The notes beneath the pieces were generated by a model. That model was not told where the DNA came from and searched no databases. It was given only the letters and a program-made list of their open reading frames with translations. This document shows, piece by piece, positions 17,593-26,848 of a stretch of 32,000 nucleotides of DNA (positions are counted from its first letter, which is position 1; every line of letters begins with the position of its first letter). The stretch lies in assembly GCF_000010065.1 (NCBI RefSeq), contig NC_006576.1:570001-602000 (forward strand), in the 5' to 3' direction. The stretch comes from Synechococcus elongatus PCC 6301 (GTDB lineage Bacteria > Cyanobacteriota > Cyanobacteriia > Synechococcales > Synechococcaceae). A program made the translations under genes and the position numbers.

Positions 17593-18228
17593 TCAGTCGT
17601 TTCTGGGACAAAGCCTGACTGTGGCGATCACATCCTGGTGAGTCACCATGTAGTCCAGCTCACTGTAAATCTCTAAAAGATCTGGGGGTAGCGCCGCCAA
17701 CAGCCGCACTTCTGCAATCTCTAGGAGCTGCCGGAGTTGGGGTTCACCCAAACGGTGCCCCAGCATTTGCAACTGATTGAGTACTTGCGATCGCGACCAG
17801 CGATAGGTGTAGGTCAAGGCTAGTAGCAGGCGATCAATGCCGGGCAGATTGGCGATCGCGACTTGGGTATACACCCAGAGCGGTGGCGGCATCGAGGGTA
17901 AGTCGTAGGCGATCGCTTCAGTTGGCGGCAGCCAGAGATCTGCCCAGTAGCGTTCCGCCAAAGCTTGATAGTCGGGCCAGTCCCACGCTGTTTCTGCTAA
18001 CTGCAACGCTTGCCAAATTTGCCGCCAAGCCTGCGCCACAGCCCAATCCGCTTGCGTGGGTGCCCCAATGCGATCGGTGGTAAGGGCTTGCAGCGGTTCC
18101 CCATAGCGCTCGTAGAGGGCAACAAAGGGAGCGGCAGTCTGCCACGGATTGGCTTGAAAAGCCTGCTGAATCGCCGGCGTTTCCTGTTGCAGCCAGTCGT
18201 GAACGGAGGGATGGGCAGAAGGGGGCAT
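17593..18228 (-). CDS. Conserved-looking hypothetical protein, unknown function
   Basis: ORF 17593..18249. Full-length reading frame MPPSAHPSVHDWLQQETPAIQQAF...YSELDYMVTHQDVIATVRLCPRND in a genomic slot without competing coding. No domain recognised. Confidence 0.65.
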   Translation of the reverse strand: MPPSAHPSVHDWLQQETPAIQQAFQANPWQTAAPFVALYERYGEPLQALTTDRIGAPTQADWAVAQAWRQIWQALQLAETAWDWPDYQALAERYWADLWLPPTEAIAYDLPSMPPPLWVYTQVAIANLPGIDRLLLALTYTYRWSRSQVLNQLQMLGHRLGEPQLRQLLEIAEVRLLAALPPDLLEIYSELDYMVTHQDVIATVRLCPRND

Positions 18229-18346
18229 CAGAACCAAGCAGCCCAGCAAGAATGCTCAGCAGTCTACCAAGATCCGCCACTGGCTTCGGGCTGGGCCGGG
18301 GGCGACAGCATCTTTTAGGCTGAGTGAAGACAGCATTGAGAGGATC

Positions 18347-19108
18347 ATGGCTGGTCACAGTAAATGGGCCAATATCAAGCGCCAAAAAGCGCGAGTTGAT
18401 GCCAAAAAAGCACAGGTTTTTGCCAGACTTTCGCGGGCGATGATTGTTGCAGCTCGACAAGGACTGCCGGATCCTGCCGCCAATTTTCAGCTACGGACGG
18501 CGATCGAAAAAGCCAAGGCGGCCGGCATCCCTAATGACAACATTGAGCGAGCGATCGCCAAAGGGGCAGGCACCCTCAGCGGCGACGGGCGGCAATTTGA
18601 GTCAGTGCGCTACGAAGGCTATGGCCCCAGCGGTATCGCCATTTTGATCGAAGCCCTAACCGATAACCGCAACCGTACCGCCGCCAATCTCCGCGCCGCT
18701 TTTAGTAAGCAGGGTGGCAATTTGGGCGAGACCGGCTGTGTCAGTTGGATGTTTCGCCAGCGCGGCGTGGTTCAGCTGACTGGGGCAATCGCTGAGGCGG
18801 ATCTACTAAAAGCCTTACTGGATCTGCCGGCTGAGTCCTATGACCTCGATGAGAGTGGCGCGATCGTCTACTGCAGCATTGCCGATCTCGAAGCGTTATC
18901 TACACAACTGCGGCAACTGGGCTACCCCGTCGAGGATAGTGAACTGCGCTGGATTCCCAACGACTATCAATTGGTCACGGACGGGGAACAGGCGCGATCG
19001 CTCCTGCGCTTATTAGACACCCTCGAAACCCTCGAGGACGTCTGCAGCGTCACCGCCAATCTCGAACTCCCGCCCGAACTGGTCACCGCCCTTGAGGCCA
19101 CGCTCTAG
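18347..19108 (+). CDS. YebC/PmpR family protein
   Basis: 253 aa. MAGHSKWANIKRQKARVDAKKAQVFARLSRAMIVAARQG, DNIERAIAKGAG, YEGYGPSGIAILIEALTDNRNRTAANLRAAFSKQGGNLGETGCVSWMF. Confidence 0.96.
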   Translation: MAGHSKWANIKRQKARVDAKKAQVFARLSRAMIVAARQGLPDPAANFQLRTAIEKAKAAGIPNDNIERAIAKGAGTLSGDGRQFESVRYEGYGPSGIAILIEALTDNRNRTAANLRAAFSKQGGNLGETGCVSWMFRQRGVVQLTGAIAEADLLKALLDLPAESYDLDESGAIVYCSIADLEALSTQLRQLGYPVEDSELRWIPNDYQLVTDGEQARSLLRLLDTLETLEDVCSVTANLELPPELVTALEATL

Positions 19109-19321
19109 ATGTTGAATTCAATGTCGAATCATCTATCCACCGACCTTGGCGCTGATGAGGATTACGCTGAAGAGTTTCAGGATCCACCGTTATCTCCCTG
19201 TTCCGGTGATTGGTCTGCCCACTGGGAGGAGCCCAATTCAGTCGCGATCGCTCCCGAGAGGCATCTCCAAGAGATAGTGACCACCGACACGGTTTTGTCC
19301 ATGTACTCGTCTGAACAATAG
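19109..19321 (+). CDS. Candidate 70-aa acidic small protein between yebC and cheW
   Basis: ATG immediately abuts the yebC stop codon (alternative ATG at 19121). MLNSMSNHLSTDLGADEDYAEEFQDPPLSPCSGDWSAHWEEP... No homolog recognised. Confidence 0.45.
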   Translation: MLNSMSNHLSTDLGADEDYAEEFQDPPLSPCSGDWSAHWEEPNSVAIAPERHLQEIVTTDTVLSMYSSEQ

Positions 19322-19369
19322 ACGTACGCTACAGTTTGGTGCAGGTTTAGGGCTGCAAATACCCTCGCT

Positions 19370-19852
19370 ATGGCCGATCCCATCTCCACCGAGCCCCAGT
19401 CGCAGGGGGATCCCTATCTTGCTTTTCAAGTCAGCAAGGGGGAAATTTTTGCGTTTGCGGCAACTAGCGTGCGAGAAGTGATTCTCCAACCCGCTGATTC
19501 GATCACGCCAATGCCCAATGTTGCTAAGCAGGTCTTGGGTATGTTCAATTTACGCGGTCGCGTGATTTGGGTAGGTGACCTAGCTCAGTTGTTGGGCCTG
19601 CCGAGTCAATTCCGCTCGGATCGTCCCGAGGTGCCGCTGCTGGCGATCGAGCATGGCAATGTTCTGATGGCCGTGATGATCGATCAACTCGGCGGCATGG
19701 TTTGGTTGAATCGACAGGAGCTACAGCCGATTAGCGGCCCTGCAAAACTCCAGACCTTTTGTCGGGGTGAACGCCCTGCCACGGAAACTGGGCGGGCAAT
19801 CCGTGTCTTAGACCCCACCGTTATCCTCAACCCCCAGCACTGGTCCCTCTAG
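19370..19852 (+). CDS. CheW-like chemotaxis/phototaxis adaptor (PixI/PilI-like)
   Basis: 160 aa. YLAFQVSKGEIFAFAATSVREVI, MPNVAKQVLGMFNLRGRVIWVGDLAQLLGL, VLMAVMIDQLGGMVWL. Followed by MCP and cheA genes. Confidence 0.88.
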   Translation: MADPISTEPQSQGDPYLAFQVSKGEIFAFAATSVREVILQPADSITPMPNVAKQVLGMFNLRGRVIWVGDLAQLLGLPSQFRSDRPEVPLLAIEHGNVLMAVMIDQLGGMVWLNRQELQPISGPAKLQTFCRGERPATETGRAIRVLDPTVILNPQHWSL

Positions 19853-19867
19853 TTCCCCCTAAGCGCT

Positions 19868-22387
19868 ATGACTTCGATGGCATCTGAAGACCGCAGCCTC
19901 TCCTACGAGCAAGTTGAACAGGAGTACCTCAGTGGCCACTACAGTGAAGCAGCTGAGCTAGCTGAGGCACTGGTTCAGACTGAGCCGCAGAATCCTCGCC
20001 TGCGCTTGCTGCGCGGTCATATCTTCTACAGCTTGGGGCGCAATGACCAAGCACGGGTCGAGTACGAGCTGATCCGGGGAATCACGCCCGATCCCGACAT
20101 TCTCGAGCAGGCTCTGCTGGGAATGGACCGTTGTGATAGCCGCCCCCACGAGGACGTTAGTTCGGATATGGAAGGCACGGTGATTGTGCCGATTGGGGCA
20201 GCTTTGCCGGTGATCGAACAAGTGGATCCGTCGGCCCTAGCACTCGATTTGCCCCCGCTGAGTGGTACGGATACGATCGCAGAGGAACCTAGCTCCGATC
20301 GCGATGATGGCGACAATCCTTTTGCCACCGATCCGGCTAGCCCTGCCGCCTCTGAGACCGAGGCTGAGGCACCAGCCTGGTTAGCGGACATAGAAGAATC
20401 AGCATTTTCGTCCACGGATGAATCGAGTCCCGAACCTTGGGCAGAGGCTGCGGAAGCTGAAGAGACAGCGGTAGCGGAGCCAGCAGTAGAGGAAGCGATC
20501 GCCCCAGCGGCAGAAACGCTGATCGCCAGTGAGCCTGAGGCGATTCCAGAGCCGCTGTCGCCAGAAGTCGATCTTGCTGAATCGCAGCCGCCGATCACAG
20601 CGGACGAGACTGTCGTAGAAGTTGATCTGGCCGCAGAGTTCGCCGCCTTGGCTGAGCCAGAAGAGGTTGCCAGTGAGCCAGCCGCTTCTACTGCTGGGCT
20701 GGAGGAACCGGGGCCGGTCAGTTTTGACGCGATCGCTGATGAAGTGGCCAAAGAGGTGCTCGGTGCAGCAGAAACTGCCGTTGCGCCTCAGCCCGAGCTG
20801 AAAGCCAGTCCTGCCCCCGTTCTCGAGAACCTACCCACGCCGCCCAACCTCGCTGAAGCTGCCGCGATCGCTCGGCAACCAGTGACGTCCCCGCTGCGCC
20901 CCCAAGAGACCAAAGCCAATCGGGCAGCTGTTGCGGCCACTCCTGCCAGCAATGCACCCAAAGCCTTACCAACCCCGCCCAAGCAAACAGCAGAAACCCG
21001 TGTTGGCTTAATCGCCCTGGTCTCAGCCCTAGCTGCTGCTGCCGTAGGGGTGGTTGGCTGGCAAGCTTCAACACCCGAAGCCCGCAACCGCGTTGTGCTC
21101 GCCAGCATGGCCAGCATGGCTGTGGCTGGGGCTGCCTCTGCTGGTATTGCTCTGCAGCTGCAGAACCGGACGGGCAAGCGCTACCGCGATCTGCTGGAGC
21201 GACTTAATGAACAGTGCCAGCAGATGAGTAATGGCGACTTTGAAACGCCTCTCCAAGTCGGTGGCAACGATGATGTCGGGATGTTGGCCCTGCGCTTCGA
21301 TCGTATGCGCAGTGTCTTGGGCGATCGCATCAACCGCCAAGAGAAGCGCCTGACCACCCTAGAGCAGCAACGGGAAGGCCTCCAAAACCAGGTGATTCGT
21401 CTGCTGGACGACGTAGAGGGGGTAGCCCACGGTGACTTGACCGTTCAGGCTGAGGTGACGGCCGACGTTCTCGGGGCCGTGGCGGACTCGTTCAACCTGA
21501 CGATTCAGAACCTACGCGAGATCGTGGCCCAGGTGCGCGATGCAGCACTGCAGGTCAACGCAGCCGCAACCGACAACGAACAGTCCGCGAAAAACCTGTC
21601 AGCGGAAGCGCTCCACCAAGCCGAGGAACTCGCCGCTGCCCTCAACTCAGTCCAGGTGATGACGGAGTCGATTCAACGGGTTGCCATCAGTGCCAGCGAA
21701 GCGGAGTCGGTCGCCCGCGCTGCTTCGCAAACAGCTCTCAAGGGCGGTGAGGCGGTTGACAAGACCCTCTCAGGGATTTTGCGGATTCGCGAAACGGTGG
21801 CCGAAACAACCCGCAAGGTGAAGAAGCTGGCCGAGTCTTCCCAAGAAATTTCCAAGATCGTGGCGCTGATCTCGCAGGTCGCTTCACGAACCAACCTGTT
21901 GGCACTCAACGCCAGCATTGAGGCAGCTCGGGCCGGTCAAGCCGGACGAGGGTTTGCGATCGTTGCGGATGAGGTTCGCCAGCTGGCCGATCGCGCCGCG
22001 AAGTCCTCGAAGGAGATTGAGCAGATCGTGCTCAAGATTCAGAGTGAGACAGGTTTGGTAATGACTGCCATGGAGGAGGGTACCCAGCAGGTGATTCAAG
22101 GGACGCGACTGGCAGAACAGGCCCGTGGTGCTCTTGATGAAATCATTCAGGTTTCGACCAAAATTGACGACCTTGTCCAATCGATTACGGCCGACACTGT
22201 GCAACAGACCGCCATGTCTCGCAGCATGGCCGAGGTGATGCAGTCGGTGGAGACCACCGCTCAAAACACCTCTCAAGAGGCGCAGCAAGTGGCTGCTTCC
22301 CTGCAGGGCTTGGTAAATATTGCAGGGACGTTGCGAGAGTCTGTGGACCGCTTCCGCCTACAAGCATCGGCTGCTAAGGAGAACTGA
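19868..22387 (+). CDS. Methyl-accepting chemotaxis protein (PixJ/PilJ-like)
   Basis: 839 aa. N-terminal TPR-like segment, long acidic Ala/Pro/Glu linker, two closely spaced hydrophobic segments, HAMP region, and signalling hairpin [59 protein letters not shown]. Confidence 0.93.
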   Translation: MTSMASEDRSLSYEQVEQEYLSGHYSEAAELAEALVQTEPQNPRLRLLRGHIFYSLGRNDQARVEYELIRGITPDPDILEQALLGMDRCDSRPHEDVSSDMEGTVIVPIGAALPVIEQVDPSALALDLPPLSGTDTIAEEPSSDRDDGDNPFATDPASPAASETEAEAPAWLADIEESAFSSTDESSPEPWAEAAEAEETAVAEPAVEEAIAPAAETLIASEPEAIPEPLSPEVDLAESQPPITADETVVEVDLAAEFAALAEPEEVASEPAASTAGLEEPGPVSFDAIADEVAKEVLGAAETAVAPQPELKASPAPVLENLPTPPNLAEAAAIARQPVTSPLRPQETKANRAAVAATPASNAPKALPTPPKQTAETRVGLIALVSALAAAAVGVVGWQASTPEARNRVVLASMASMAVAGAASAGIALQLQNRTGKRYRDLLERLNEQCQQMSNGDFETPLQVGGNDDVGMLALRFDRMRSVLGDRINRQEKRLTTLEQQREGLQNQVIRLLDDVEGVAHGDLTVQAEVTADVLGAVADSFNLTIQNLREIVAQVRDAALQVNAAATDNEQSAKNLSAEALHQAEELAAALNSVQVMTESIQRVAISASEAESVARAASQTALKGGEAVDKTLSGILRIRETVAETTRKVKKLAESSQEISKIVALISQVASRTNLLALNASIEAARAGQAGRGFAIVADEVRQLADRAAKSSKEIEQIVLKIQSETGLVMTAMEEGTQQVIQGTRLAEQARGALDEIIQVSTKIDDLVQSITADTVQQTAMSRSMAEVMQSVETTAQNTSQEAQQVAASLQGLVNIAGTLRESVDRFRLQASAAKEN

Positions 22388-22389
22388 GC

Positions 22390-25176
22390 ATGTCGTCCAC
22401 CAGTGATAACGTTTTGCGATCGCTGTTTCTACGAGAAACGCGTGAAAATCTCCAGCTGCTGACCCAGATGATTGGCCAGATGGAAGCTGGGCTGCCGGAT
22501 GCAAAAACCTTTGCAGACGCTTCGCGGGCCGCGCATTCGCTCAAGGGTGGAGCCGCCCTGCTCAAGTTCGAAACCTTCCGGCAACTGGCAGCTGGACTCG
22601 AGACTTGCCTGTCTCTGCTATCTGAAGCCGAGTTGCCCGACTACGAGGTGAGTCTCCCGCTGTTTCAACGGGCCGCCGCGCTGCTGATTACGGCGACCGA
22701 TCGCATTGAAGCGGGCGTTGAAGAGCAGGCTGTGGTGCCCGAGGAAGGGAACCCCCTGATTGAACAGCTCCAGGTTTTGCAGGAGATGCTGCAGGCAGCT
22801 GTGCAAGTGCCACCGGATCAATCCGCCGTTACCAGCACGCTCGAAGACTTGCTGACCCAAGATTTTGAGACAGTCTTGCTGCCGCCGACTCCTGATTTGG
22901 AGCAGACCCTCGATCAGCTCCTGGGCGACCTCGAGGAAACTCCCAGCCCGATCGCTGGCCAGGGAAGCGACGGCGATCGCCCAGCTTTAGAGGACCTCAA
23001 CTTTGACCTCGAGGACTGGATTGAGGCCAGCGAAGAAGAGTCTGAGACGGTCGAAATCGACATTGTGGCCCAGGTCAAAGCCCTGGAAGCTGCGATCGCT
23101 GACTTGACGCAGCACCCCCACGAGCAGCCCCTCAGCTTGGGCATCAAGGACGACATTCTGAGTGCGGTCATCCAAGCCGCTCCCCGTCTGCCGGTGGCCC
23201 TGACGCTAGAGCCAGTGGCTAAGGCCCGTACCCAGGACAATGGCAAAACCCCCGTTGTCTTTGAACAGACTCTGCGGGTGCCGGTGCGTCAGTTGGATAA
23301 CCTCAGCAACCTAGTCGGGGAGATTGTCGTCAGCCGGAATACCCTCGAAAGCGATCAGTCCCACCTACGGGAAACCCTCGAAAACCTGATGCTACAGGTG
23401 CACCAGCTGGGTGATTTGGGTGAGCGGATGCGGGAGCTCTACGAGCGATCGCTTCTGGAAACTGCCCTCGCTGCACGTCGCCAACTAGTTGGTAGTTCTA
23501 CAGCCGCTGGCTCTGCCGGAGCTTCGACCTTTCCCACCGAGCAATTCGACGACCTCGAACTCGATCGCTTTAGTGGTTTCCATTCCATTTCTCAAGAAAT
23601 GATGGAATTGCTAGTCCGTCTGCGCGAGGCAGCCTCGGACATTGACTTCATGGTCAATGAACCCTTTGACCAACTGACCCGCAACTTCCAGCAAATTACC
23701 CTGCAGTTGCAAAGCGAGTTGAACCAGACTCGAATGGTCCCCTTCTCGGACCTGACGGATCAACTGCCACGGGCTGTCCGCGAAATCTCACGGCGCTGTG
23801 GCAAGGGTGCCCGTCTGGAGATCGAAGGGAAAGACATCTTGATTGACAAGATGATCCTGCAGAAACTGCAGGCGCCCATGACTCACCTGATCAACAACGC
23901 CCTCAGTCATGGCATTGAAACGGCAGAAATTCGCCAATACCGCAATAAATCAGCGGAGGGAACCCTGGTCGTTCGTGCCTCACTCCAGGGCAATCGGACC
24001 CTAATCACTGTTACCGATGATGGGGCCGGGATCGATGCTGAGCAGGTCAAGCTCAAAGCTTTGGCACGGGGTTTGATCACCCCAGAAGAAGCCGCAGGGA
24101 TGCGGGTGCGGGAGATCTATGAACTCCTGTTCCGACCCGGCTTCAGTACCCGAGATCAGGCCGATGAATTGGCGGGCCGCGGGGTGGGGCTAGATGTGGT
24201 TCGCCGGGCGCTCCATGAAATTCAGGGCGAGATCGTGGTGGATTCGGAGCTGGGGAAAGGGACAACCTTTACCTTCCGCTTGCCCCTCGCTCTCTCGATT
24301 ACCAAGGCTTTGACCTGCCTCCACGAACGGGCGCGTTTGGCCCTCCCGATGGATAGCGTTGAGGAAATGCTGGATATTCCCCAGCAGCGCCTCGCGATGG
24401 ATCCCCAGGGGCAGTTGCGCCTGGATTGGCACAATTTGTCGCTCCCCGTCTTCCCGCTCTCATCCCTCCTCGACTTCCATCTGCCGTTTGGGCGATCGCG
24501 CTATTACAACAGTCTGGGCGATGACGGTGTCGTCTCGATTGTCGTTCTGCGTAATGACAACGAGTACCTCGCCGTTCAGACCGATCAGATTGAAGGGGAA
24601 CGGGAAATTGTGATCAAGCAGATCGAAGGTCCGATCGCCAAACCCCTCGAGATCTTGGGCATCACCGTCCGCTCTGACGGTCAGGTCATGCCGATCGTGG
24701 ACGTCTTGGAACTGTTTGATATTGCCTACGGCCGCGTCCGTCAGCGTCAAGTAGCCCCCGTAGCCCCCAGTGCTGGCGAGACGAGAACCAATACAGAACC
24801 GATGGTGCTGATCGTCGATGACTCGATCACGGTGCGTGAGCTGCTGTCGATGACCTTCAAAAAGGCGGGCTATGTGGTGGAACAAGCGCGCAACGGCCAA
24901 GAAGCCCTAAAGAAGCTCTATTCGGGTCTGCCCTGCGATTTGGTTTTCTGCGATATCGAAATGCCGAAGATGAATGGGCTAGAGCTCTTAGAGCGGCTTC
25001 AGGCTGATCCCAAGCTGCGGAGTTTACCGGTGGCGATGCTGACATCGCGAGGCGCTGATCGCCATCGTCAAATTGCTGCCCACTTGGGCGCTCGGGCTTA
25101 CTTCACAAAACCCTATCTAAAAGAGCAGCTGTTGGAAGCCTCGGCTCGCTTGAGAAATGGCGAACGACTCATTTAA
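22390..25176 (+). CDS. Hybrid CheA histidine kinase with C-terminal receiver (PixL/PilL-like)
   Basis: 928 aa. HPt AAHSLKGGAALLKFETF; dimerisation LDNLSNLVGEIVVSRN; ATPase INNALSHGIE, DDGAGID, GRGVGLDVVRRAL, GKGTTFTFRLPL; CheW domain; receiver VLIVDDSITVRELLSMTFKKAG...VFCDIEMPKMNGLELLE. Confidence 0.94.
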   Translation: MSSTSDNVLRSLFLRETRENLQLLTQMIGQMEAGLPDAKTFADASRAAHSLKGGAALLKFETFRQLAAGLETCLSLLSEAELPDYEVSLPLFQRAAALLITATDRIEAGVEEQAVVPEEGNPLIEQLQVLQEMLQAAVQVPPDQSAVTSTLEDLLTQDFETVLLPPTPDLEQTLDQLLGDLEETPSPIAGQGSDGDRPALEDLNFDLEDWIEASEEESETVEIDIVAQVKALEAAIADLTQHPHEQPLSLGIKDDILSAVIQAAPRLPVALTLEPVAKARTQDNGKTPVVFEQTLRVPVRQLDNLSNLVGEIVVSRNTLESDQSHLRETLENLMLQVHQLGDLGERMRELYERSLLETALAARRQLVGSSTAAGSAGASTFPTEQFDDLELDRFSGFHSISQEMMELLVRLREAASDIDFMVNEPFDQLTRNFQQITLQLQSELNQTRMVPFSDLTDQLPRAVREISRRCGKGARLEIEGKDILIDKMILQKLQAPMTHLINNALSHGIETAEIRQYRNKSAEGTLVVRASLQGNRTLITVTDDGAGIDAEQVKLKALARGLITPEEAAGMRVREIYELLFRPGFSTRDQADELAGRGVGLDVVRRALHEIQGEIVVDSELGKGTTFTFRLPLALSITKALTCLHERARLALPMDSVEEMLDIPQQRLAMDPQGQLRLDWHNLSLPVFPLSSLLDFHLPFGRSRYYNSLGDDGVVSIVVLRNDNEYLAVQTDQIEGEREIVIKQIEGPIAKPLEILGITVRSDGQVMPIVDVLELFDIAYGRVRQRQVAPVAPSAGETRTNTEPMVLIVDDSITVRELLSMTFKKAGYVVEQARNGQEALKKLYSGLPCDLVFCDIEMPKMNGLELLERLQADPKLRSLPVAMLTSRGADRHRQIAAHLGARAYFTKPYLKEQLLEASARLRNGERLI

Positions 25177-25179
25177 ACG

Positions 25180-25416
25180 ATGGAACGTTTTGCGGGCATT
25201 GCCCTCGCTCTCTTCGGGCTATTTTGCCTTTTCCTACCCACGACTCGTCGCGATCGCTGGTTATCAGCGGTTCCGGCGATTGTGGCTGGTGGAATGTTGC
25301 ACTGGCAATCGGAACGCGATCGCCAAGAGCAGGCTCAGCGTCAGGCAGATCAGCCTTTGGATCTAGAAGCAGGGGACGTTTTGGACCCGACTCGGAACAA
25401 GCCTGGCCGTACCTAA
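25180..25416 (+). CDS. Candidate 78-aa small membrane protein downstream of cheA
   Basis: ATG 3 nt after the cheA stop. MERFAGIALALFGLFCLFLPTTRRDRWLSAVPAIVAGGMLHWQSERDRQEQAQRQ has a hydrophobic N-terminus and a charged C-terminal tail. Confidence 0.6.
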   Translation: MERFAGIALALFGLFCLFLPTTRRDRWLSAVPAIVAGGMLHWQSERDRQEQAQRQADQPLDLEAGDVLDPTRNKPGRT

Positions 25417-26062
25417 GAACAGCTGCTTTGGGATTACTGACTGAGACCCATTAGGGGAAGCAATCGAGTGTTATCAACCTGAGATCACGAATCAATAAAC
25501 AAATAAGAAAAGGCAGCACCATGGCAGGTCTAAAAGACAAACTGTTGTGGTGTGATTAATCAACATAGTGCGACAGAAGCGGTTATAGGCACTCTCTAAT
25601 CGCATCATGTGGGTCTTGCTATCTTGTCTGCTTCTAGACAGTTGTGTGGTGGTGGTTTGAACCTCGACAGCCCGAGCGAGCCTGCCGGTGGTCACTGTTC
25701 CAGCGTTGAGACTGGCGCTTCGGTTTTGATGCTCAGGGCATCACCAACCAATCAAGCCGTTGCGTTTCGCTTCGGCGCAGACAGCATTGAGAGATACCCG
25801 ATGCTTTCGCTGAATCTCATCCAAATTGATGGATTGCGCTTGGTTCAAGGGCTGAAACAGCAGGGAACTCGATCTTGCAAGCCATAGGCATCGAGGACGG
25901 CAAGAACCTCGCTCATCGTGAACTTGCTCGAGGATGAATCCCTCTCTCCTCGCGATCGCCGGCTGTCAACCCCAATGCCGATCGTCTAAGCTCGCGGCAG
26001 TGTATTGCTGGCGACGTAGCGATCGCTGCACTCTGTGGCTGGCTAGACAATAGGCTGATCCA

Positions 26063-26836
26063 ATGACCTCCAACCCACTCGATGAATCCATGGAATCGCT
26101 GACCGTCGTGCCCCCAGCCGCGTCACCGGCGTCGCGCATCCTGGTGGTTGAAGATGAAGCCGTGATTCGGGACATGGTGGCGTTAGTGCTGCAGCAGGAG
26201 GGCTTCACGGTCGATGTGGCAGCGGACGGCCGAACTGCTCTCAATTACTTCCGCAGCGATAGTCCTGAGGCCGGATCGGTGACTGAAAACCCCGATCTCG
26301 TTGTCCTTGACCTGATGTTGCCGGCAGTCAATGGCCTAGATTTCTGCCGATTATTGCGGCGGCAGGGGGTGACAGTGCCGATTTTGATGCTCAGCGCCAA
26401 GGATACGGAAACCGATCGCGTGGTTGGGCTTGAAATTGGAGCCGATGATTATTTGACAAAACCCTTCGGTACCCGCGAGTTGGTGGCGCGGTGTCGAGCG
26501 CTGCTGCGGCGCAGCCAAAATCAGCCCGCCGAGACTCCTGCCGTGTTGCGCTACGAAGGCTTAAAACTTTTTCCAGAAGAATGTCGGGTCTTGCTAGACG
26601 ATCGCGAGCTGACCTTGTCGCCCAAGGAGTTTCGGTTATTAGAGCTCTTCATGCGCCACCCGCGTCGGGTTTGGTCGCGCGATCAGTTGCTCGAAAAAAT
26701 TTGGGGTATCGATTTCATGGGGGATAGCAAAACGATCGATGTGCATATCCGCTGGCTACGCGAAAAGATTGAAGCCAATCCCAGCAACCCCAGCTATCTG
26801 CTCACCGTTCGAGGCTTTGGCTACCGCCTAGGTTAG
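26063..26836 (+). CDS. sphR: OmpR/PhoB-family response regulator, probable phosphate regulator SphR
   Basis: 257 aa. Receiver RILVVEDEAVIRDMVALVLQQEGF...PDLVVLDLMLP...LTKPFG, winged helix LTLSPKEFRLLELFMRHPRRVWSRDQLLEKIWG...VDVHIRWLREKIE...VRGFGYRLG. Paired with a 413-aa kinase, which matches my recall of SphS. Confidence 0.82.
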   Translation: MTSNPLDESMESLTVVPPAASPASRILVVEDEAVIRDMVALVLQQEGFTVDVAADGRTALNYFRSDSPEAGSVTENPDLVVLDLMLPAVNGLDFCRLLRRQGVTVPILMLSAKDTETDRVVGLEIGADDYLTKPFGTRELVARCRALLRRSQNQPAETPAVLRYEGLKLFPEECRVLLDDRELTLSPKEFRLLELFMRHPRRVWSRDQLLEKIWGIDFMGDSKTIDVHIRWLREKIEANPSNPSYLLTVRGFGYRLG

Positions 26837-26848
26837 TCAGAGAATGCC

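Noticed and set aside
20026-20751. 241-aa minus-strand ORF antisense to the MCP gene
   Set aside because: Low-complexity Ala/Ser shadow of the Glu/Ala/Pro linker codons. The plus strand has unambiguous MCP domains, so this is a GC-rich antisense artefact.
25417-26062. Decayed transposase or IS remnant before sphR
   Set aside because: I saw no terminal inverted repeats, target-site duplication or recognisable transposase motif in hand-translated frames, so the origin is left open.
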